NCBI GenBank assembly: GCA_001179505.1
Contig: CDMY01000330.1
Span: 1 to 64,000, forward strand
DNA from: Vitrella brassicaformis CCMP3155
Taxonomy: Eukaryota > Protista > Chromerida
Length of the DNA: 64,000 nucleotides
Reading direction: 5' to 3'
Shown: in pieces, positions 51,901 to 64,000 of the stretch
Numbering within the stretch: position 1 is the first letter of the stretch
Layout of the letters: the number at the start of each line of letters is the position of its first letter
Program-made: the position numbers and the translations under genes
Notes under the pieces: model-generated
Database searches by the model: none
Told to the model about the DNA's origin: nothing
The model's input: the letters and a program-made list of their open reading frames with translations, nothing else

Positions 51901-54202
51901 AGAGGGGACTGTCGGCCGCCGGCCTGCCGCCCACCACTTTGTGGCCTCTCCTGCCGCCCCTCTCGCCCCACACCGCCGTGTGCAGGGGCGTTCTCCCTTT
52001 GTGGTCGACACTCGTCACATCTCCACCATGAGCTATCAACAAGCTGCAACATAACAGCAAATAGGCCGCCCCTTCCTCGCTTGATCGTTCTGCGTGTGTG
52101 TGCCTACTCGAGAATATCCGGCAGGTCTGCCCATCCTGCTTTGCTAAGGGGCGTGCGGCCAAGAGACGACCTCACATTGACCTGCACACCATGCTCAAGC
52201 AGCCATCTGGATGACCCATACTGGCCCGCACACGACGCCCAGTAGAGCTGCAAGCCACACACATGCAAACGTGCACAAACAAAATGGTTGGGAGAAGGCG
52301 TGCATGTATGTCGCTCACCGGTGTGCGCCCCTGGTGGTCGGATGCATCCAGTGGGGCGCCCAGCCCATGCAGATACTCCAGGCACGACTTACAGCCAGCA
52401 AAAGCCGAATAGAAGAGCGGTGTCATCTTTTCATCGTCCTCAAGGGCGACCATTCCCTCTCCGCCCAGATCCACCAGCACCTTCATCATCCTCACCCCAC
52501 GACAGTCGCCACCGGCCGGTGGGAATGCCTCATTCTCTGGTTGGTCGCGCAGCGTGGACTGCAAATGCTGCCCAGCCCTCCCCATGTCGCCTATGGATGC
52601 TGATGGAGGGCCGAGATAGCCCTCCTTGTCGATGCCCGCCATGCTCTTCATCCTGCACAGACATGTAAAGAATACAATTGCCAGGTGTGTGCGTGGCTCG
52701 TCTGTTCTTGCCCGCTGCCCCGGCTGTTTTACCGTGTTTCCTTCGGTTCGCATAGTGATGCCGCCAGGTGCATGAGTGACAGCCTGGTGGGCGTCTCCTC
52801 ATCGCGCACGGTCACCCACTCATCACCTCCCCACCCACATATGAGCTCCCGCACCTTGTCACAGTCACCCCGCCGCACCGCCCTCAACACATCGGCATAC
52901 TGGCCATTCCTTCGCATCTCCTGTGCCCGCATCTGCCGCTGCAGCGACTTCGCGAGAGGTGGTGGGTTGGGATTGACTAGACTGGGGCGTGGCAAGGGGA
53001 CAGGGGTGCACTGGGCCAGGGGAGTGGGCGGCGATGCCTCGGTCAGCCGAAGTGTGGCCGGTGGGATGGCTTGGGTGTGCCACTGGTTGGCGAGGGTGAA
53101 GAATGGCTGTCTGGTGATGGTCTGATACCAGTCGAGCAGCGGCCGGGGCGGCCGACGGGAGCGCTGCAGACAGGCGATCGTGAAGCACTGTTTGATTTGC
53201 CATGCCGCCGTGTGTCGCCTGCTCCCTCACCGTGAGCCTGCACCAGTGAGCGCTGGTCATCAAAGCACTGCATCATGGCACACACAGACAGACACACTGA
53301 TGGAACCAGCCCTCCATGCCCCTCCAGCCCTTTTTGCGTACCCTGCCACGAATATATCCCCCACCAAAGGAGGGCAACCGCTCTTTCCACCAAGTGCAGC
53401 ATACTCTCGGTCAGCAAGATGCCTGTTTGCCTCGCGAATGAAGCTCCCCTGCCCATCTGAATCATCCTCCCGCTCCCTGGAAGCCACACTCAGCTGGACA
53501 AATGCGTCTGAGAAGCCGTCTTGGCCACATGATTGAGGAGGATGAAGACTCTCGAGCTGCGTCACAATCTCCGTGACACCAACTTGTGGCGGTGACTTGT
53601 CAACGACAAGAACGGCCGTGTAGGGATCCAAGGCTGCGTCGATGCTCACGGGAAGCGATAATTGACCCGAGTCGGCGGCTCGTGAGCAGATCCACAGCGC
53701 GACTTCGAATGGCGGCGTGGGCGCCAGATGCAAGAGAGAGGACGGCGACTCGGCAGGTCGGTGCGTCATCTCCTTCACCAGATTTAAGCTCGCATTGATC
53801 ACGGCTTTTCCCCATTGCATTGCAGGTGCGTGCGGGGATGGCTGACTTGGCTGGCCACCTGCGCCAGGCTCCCTTGGTGACAGCAGCGGCAACGGCCTGG
53901 ACAAGAAGATGTTGGACGCTGGAGATGCCTGTGTGCAGTCGGCAGGCAGGTGCGTGTTGGCGGATGACACGGATGAGAAGGACAGACAGAAGAGGACTCA
54001 GAGGAGGGCGAGACAAAGACAAGAAATCGTTGTAATGAAGAGGACGAGAGACCTGACGTAAGCCGAAACAGAAAGACAGGCAGACGGACCGACAATTGTT
54101 CACACGAAGACGTTCTGCTTGTGGACAGGAGTCACGCCCGCGTGTGTTTTGTGGGGGTGTATCGATCATACGATAAGCCCATCCCTCCGTGAGCACATCC
54201 AT
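48908..54202 (-). CDS. ankyrin-repeat protein fused to an RRP6/RNase D-like DEDDy 3'-5' exonuclease
   Basis: About 10 or more ANK repeats (GRTPLYWAS, GRTPLSKA, GRTPLHTA, GATPMHVA, FTPLMCAA) splice in frame (APAG|PRPNP) to GVDVEYHE...CLVQLAT...VKVLH...HNDLRWLQCDF...NLFDT...SDWRVRPL...YAATD. The start is uncertain (about 53970-54202). Confidence 0.78.
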
Positions 54203-54481
54203 GCATTATCAAGAGTCGAGGTCCGTATACGGTGAGTGGTGTGTTGTTTGGCCAACTACTTACAGCAGACAAATGAAAGACCAGAGGCACAACTGAATGA
54301 ACACCTTCCTGGCTGCCTAGACGACGCCAGCAGACGATGACAAAAGGACGCAGCGATGTGTGCATGCAGTTGTGAATGTATGTCACATGTGTGTATGGCC
54401 TGTCTTTCCTTCCCCCCACACGGACCAAAGGCTTATATCTAAAACCTCTCTTGGTCATCCATCCACACCGTGATCGATCGG

Positions 54482-55273
54482 TTATCTCTTGTTCTGCATC
54501 GCGTCGACGTTGAATGTGCGGATGGCCGCCGATGGCTCATATGTCATGATGTCTGGCTCGGCCCTCTGCCGTGCTGCGATGATGGCACTGACGGCTTTTC
54601 GCTGCGCAACGCTGAAGTACGCCAGATTGCGGAGGAGGCGCTGCATTTCGTGTTGCCACAGCTCTTGTAGCTGCCGGCACTTGTCGGCTCGAATGGCCTC
54701 AAGCCTGCATGCATAAGGGGCGAGAGAGAGAGAGAGAGGGAGAGGTGTCTCTGAATTCTCTCATTGGCCAACGTACTCTTGTGTGAGTTGTTTTCGCGCC
54801 TCCTCTTCATGTGCCTGGAGCTTCTCCTGGAGCGCCTCTCGCTGGCGACTCTCCCATTCAGCGATTGCCTTGGCAGTCTCCTCCCTCAGCCTCCGCCGCT
54901 CATCGTCTGCCTCCTTCATAAGTCGCCGCTTGAGCGCCTCGACGGCTCGCCTTAGCTCCTTGTCAACGCCCCTCATCTTGCGAGTGAGTGTCTTGACACT
55001 CTCATCAATCACCCGCAGCTGCAACAGTGATCTTGTGGCAGCGTCATTGATGCGCTGGATGCAGTCCTCACTCAGCATACTTAGCCGCTCCATGGCATCG
55101 ACTTTAAGTGCCCGAGACAGCCGGTTGACTTCCTCTTCCACTGCTGTCTCCTTGACTCTCGCCAAGGTCTTGGCCCACTCGTTTAGCTCCTTGTCGATTT
55201 CCTGCCGCCTCTCTTCCCTCCACGTGTCGAGGTCCTCCTGGACGCGGTGCTCTCTAGCCCTCCGCCGACACAT
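54482..55273 (-). CDS. coiled-coil hypothetical protein
   Basis: Two exons of E/R/K-rich heptad sequence, ending ...FNVDAMQNKR with TAA at 54482-54484. Confidence 0.6.
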
Positions 55274-55588
55274 GTGCGCAGGCCGGTGGAGCCTTCACAA
55301 GCAGACGCGCAGACGGCACCGCACAGCAAGAAAGCCCCTCAGTACATCCATAACATCCATACATAGAGAGTAATAAGGCCGCCTCCGGCTGTGTATCGAA
55401 GCGCCAGTGCTCGACAGCCACCGGAAGCAAGACGGGGCCGCAACCATGCAGGAAAGAGGCCGCTCAGAGTCTACCCACGGGGTCTCGGCATTTGAACTCC
55501 TGCCCCGGAATGGCATTTCAGGGGCTGAAAGGCACCATACAGCCAGACTCCCTCCCGTTCGCTGACATCAATTTGGACGACATTATCA

Positions 55589-56448
55589 CCTTGAAGCTTG
55601 AGCAGCCAAATCCCGTTAGCCAGGATGCGACGCCGAGGATGAGAGCCCCAGTGCAGTGTGCAGACCGAATGACGCACAAACTGCTGTATGTCGAGCCTCA
55701 AAGTTAAGGCCTCAGAACACTCTGTTGAGACGCAAGACCCCCCAGGATTGCCAGCTCACATCGGCAAGACCTCTCGAGGGGGTGGGTAACTCAGTGAGTC
55801 GCCCGCCTCGAGAGGTCCGACCCTTCCTCCTTCCTCCTAGGGCCTCGCCCCGCGGTGGTTCTTATACCGGACGTCTCCGCGAACCGAACCCGCGCCCTTC
55901 ACGGTTGTGACAGGGAAGCACACCGACTGGGCTGTGCCTGAACTGACCAAATCGCGAGACCACTTCGGCTACACTCCGGCACTCGGCATCTTCCATCCAT
56001 CAAATGGCCACGTGGCGCCGCCAAAAGCTCACAGGTGTCTCACAGAACACACACCACTAAGCTGGAGGCTCCAGTTATGCGGAAAAAGCTAAATCGGCTG
56101 GGGCCCCACCGCTGGGCCCCATTGCAGAGGAAGAGGCCGCACATCGCCAAGGAGGCCACTTCGATTGCAATTCAGTGTCAGAAGGCTCATCAGCGTCGAA
56201 CTTGTGCAGTTACCTGCTTCTCGAGCAAGAACGAGCCGAGCTGCGACGGTTTTGGAGACCAGATTGGTGTGAGGCATCGGAGCCCCATTGCAGTGCGCAC
56301 GCACATGGGAGAGCTGTGTGAGGAGCTCAGGCGAGATGGCGATGCACACGGCTCATCTTGGGGCGTGTCTGGCTTTGTATGCCTATCGAGAGAGGGACGG
56401 CCTGCAGGCCGAGAGCCTGGTCGATGGCAGCCTGTATGTTGGGAGGTT
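55589..56448. repeat. about 860-bp inverted repeat, right arm
   Basis: Reverse complement of 47743-48603, with scattered substitutions and indels. Confidence 0.9.
55951..56448 (+). pseudogene. truncated copy of the MORN gene 5' end
   Basis: The candidate ATG is changed to ATC (55951), the frame is shifted, and homology stops after ...DGSLYVGRF. Confidence 0.65.
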
Positions 56449-56993
56449 TAAATCATCGATGGGACGATTCGATGCTCAAGGAAACGTGATGAGGGATGAT
56501 CCAGTTGACATGCTTTCATTCCACTTCAACAGTCCGCTCGAAAAGATCTCTGTCTTATCCTACGATCAATGCAGTTTGTAAAACGATTACGACTCGTCGA
56601 CGGATACAAGTACTTTTTCGTATTCACAGACAACGGCGTCCTGCATTCGCAGGACCGGCCGATCAATACCGTCCATGAGGCAGATGAGGCAGACAGTTAA
56701 TCAACCTACGGATCCCCCTCTCTCTCCTCCCCCCAGCCAACCACTTCTTTGAAGGGAGCCAATTGGCTAGCTATCACACCCACTCGCACACGCACCAAAT
56801 CACCAAATCCCCATGGCACCCACACATCGGTGCACCGCCCGTAATATGGATGGCATGGCCATGACGCGTGCTAGGCAGACAGACTGCCACAGAGAGACAG
56901 ATAGAGAGAGAGAGAGAGAGATGGGGGAGGGAGGGGTCAGGCACAGCTCGCTCATTACACAACGCACGCCAAAAAGATCCACAGATACCACAC

Positions 56994-62420
<5,427 letters not shown>

Positions 62421-62697
62421 GGTGCTGTCCTCAGTTACTTCGATGCGATAGACACGCCCTTTTTCGGATTTGCGAGCTTTGTAGCTCGCAGAAGGGAAGT
62501 GAATGGGAAGGAAGGAGTACTGCTGCAGCAATCATGAGATGAGAGTCTCATTCGACGCATCTTCATCCTCCTGTACATTGATCTAGTCTAGCCGTGTGGA
62601 TGGATGGCCTGCGTACGTGGTGTCCATGTCGTCTGCTGCCATCATGCAGGCTGTGATCCTGCTCCATGCATCTGCCGCCTTGACAGTGGATAGATAG

Positions 62698-64000
62698 ATG
62701 GCAGCCCTTCTGCCGGCGTTCGGGCTCGTGCACAAGGCATGCACCGGCCTGGGGACTCTGAAGAGGCTCCACACCAAGAAGACACAGGTCGATCACAGAG
62801 GCGAAGATGTGTCCATGCCATGCACTGAGTCCTTCTTCCATCTCTCTCTGTGTGACGTGACGTGACTCAATCAGGTGTCTGAGCGGCTGACCCCCCTCCT
62901 GACGGCACTCGAGGGGCTCAAGATCCCGTACGCCATCGCAACACGATACAGGAAGCGCCATGCCACGTCAGCCATCGTCGAGAGCCCCATGTACCTGTTC
63001 GAGTGCCTCATGAGGCAAGTGGAGGTTTTGCTGGGCACCTTCCCCACCTCTGACGATGGCGATATCGTCCTCACTGAAGACTACCTCACCTCGTTCATCA
63101 AGTAGGCGGCATCTCACAGCCACCCGGCCACACGCGGCTACCGATTGGTGGATGGACGCACTCTCTGTGTCTGTCTTCCAGGGCGCCTGGTCGTGAGGAG
63201 GCCTTGGATCTCCTCATCAAGCAGCTGGAGCTGACACAACAAGCCCTCCAGCTGGCCTTCACCACTATCACTGTGTCTGGCCTCCCGCCATGGCAGGCCA
63301 TCCCATACGCGTGGAGCGATATGGGTGTGTAAGAGAAGAAGGCACGTGGGCAGACACACACACCCAGGAGCGACAAGCTACCATGTTTGCTGCGCTGTGT
63401 GTCACATGTATGTGCTTTATTCAGCGTATCACTGGGCTGACCGCCTCGTCAGTGACTATGAGATGGGACGTGTTCAGTCCATGGCCATCGCCGAGGGACG
63501 GCTCTTCACATGTGTCAACCAAAGCAAAAAAGACATCTGGTCAGTTCGTCAGAACACACACGCAAGGATGCACTGACGGATGGACGGACGCACGGACGGA
63601 CGCATGCCGGTATCCGCCCATCCATCCACCCAATGCACATTTGTTGTGCTGTTTGGCTGCAGGGTGGAGAGCACTCGGCGGTGTCAGTTCATCCTGTCCG
63701 TCGACGGCTCAGTGACCGAGCCGACGCGAGAGGTGCCCTATCTGCTGGAGATCATCGCCGTCACCGACCACACTACAGACGCACCACAAGAGGAGGACTC
63801 GAACGGCGAGGAGGACGCCCCGCAGCCGCCCTCATCGTCAGCCGACGCCAAGAATAAGGCGCAGAGCCCCCCATTAGCCGAACGAGACGCCACTCATGTG
63901 CCCAACCTCTCTTCCAAGCTCCTTCATGCGGTCCCCTTGCACCTCCCCGACAGCCTGTCCATAACACGAGCGGCCGCTCGGAGCGTCAAACCCGCGCTGG
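62698..64000 (+). CDS. hypothetical protein, runs off the window
   Basis: Exons join in frame: MAALLPAFGLVHKACTGLGTLKRLHTKKTQ|VSERLTPLLTALEGL...FIK|APGREEALDLLIKQLELTQQALQLAFTT...; open to 64000. Confidence 0.6.

Noticed and set aside
54482-55273. Coiled-coil ORF as the N-terminus of the ANK-exonuclease gene
   Set aside because: Its second exon ends in a TAA at 54482-54484, so it is treated as a separate gene.

Overview
Intron-rich, GC-rich eukaryotic genomic DNA with (AC)n/(GT)n microsatellite introns and five 300-N gaps. Gene content (LCCL/CCp proteins, oocyst-wall-type Cys repeats, plastid LTO1, a SHAQKYF Myb) suggests a photosynthetic relative of apicomplexans such as the chromerid Vitrella; this is an inference. 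In order: the 3' part of a CCp/LAP-type LCCL gene (+); a gap-flanked kinase fragment with an in-frame TGA; a secreted His/Gly/Lys-rich oocyst-wall-protein-like gene (-); two hypothetical genes, one with an integrase-zinc-finger-like segment; LTO1/VKOR-Trx (-); an F-box-like gene (+); a full inverted CCp copy (-); uS17 (-); a GARP Myb factor (+); DBP9/DDX56 (-); a hypothetical gene (+); a MORN protein (-); an ankyrin-repeat/RRP6-like exonuclease fusion (-); a coiled-coil gene (-); a SNF2 ATPase (-); and a partial hypothetical gene (+). Two inverted duplications bracket about 19 kb and about 7 kb. Gene models were spliced by eye, so termini are approximate. I recognised no tRNA, rRNA or CRISPR array.
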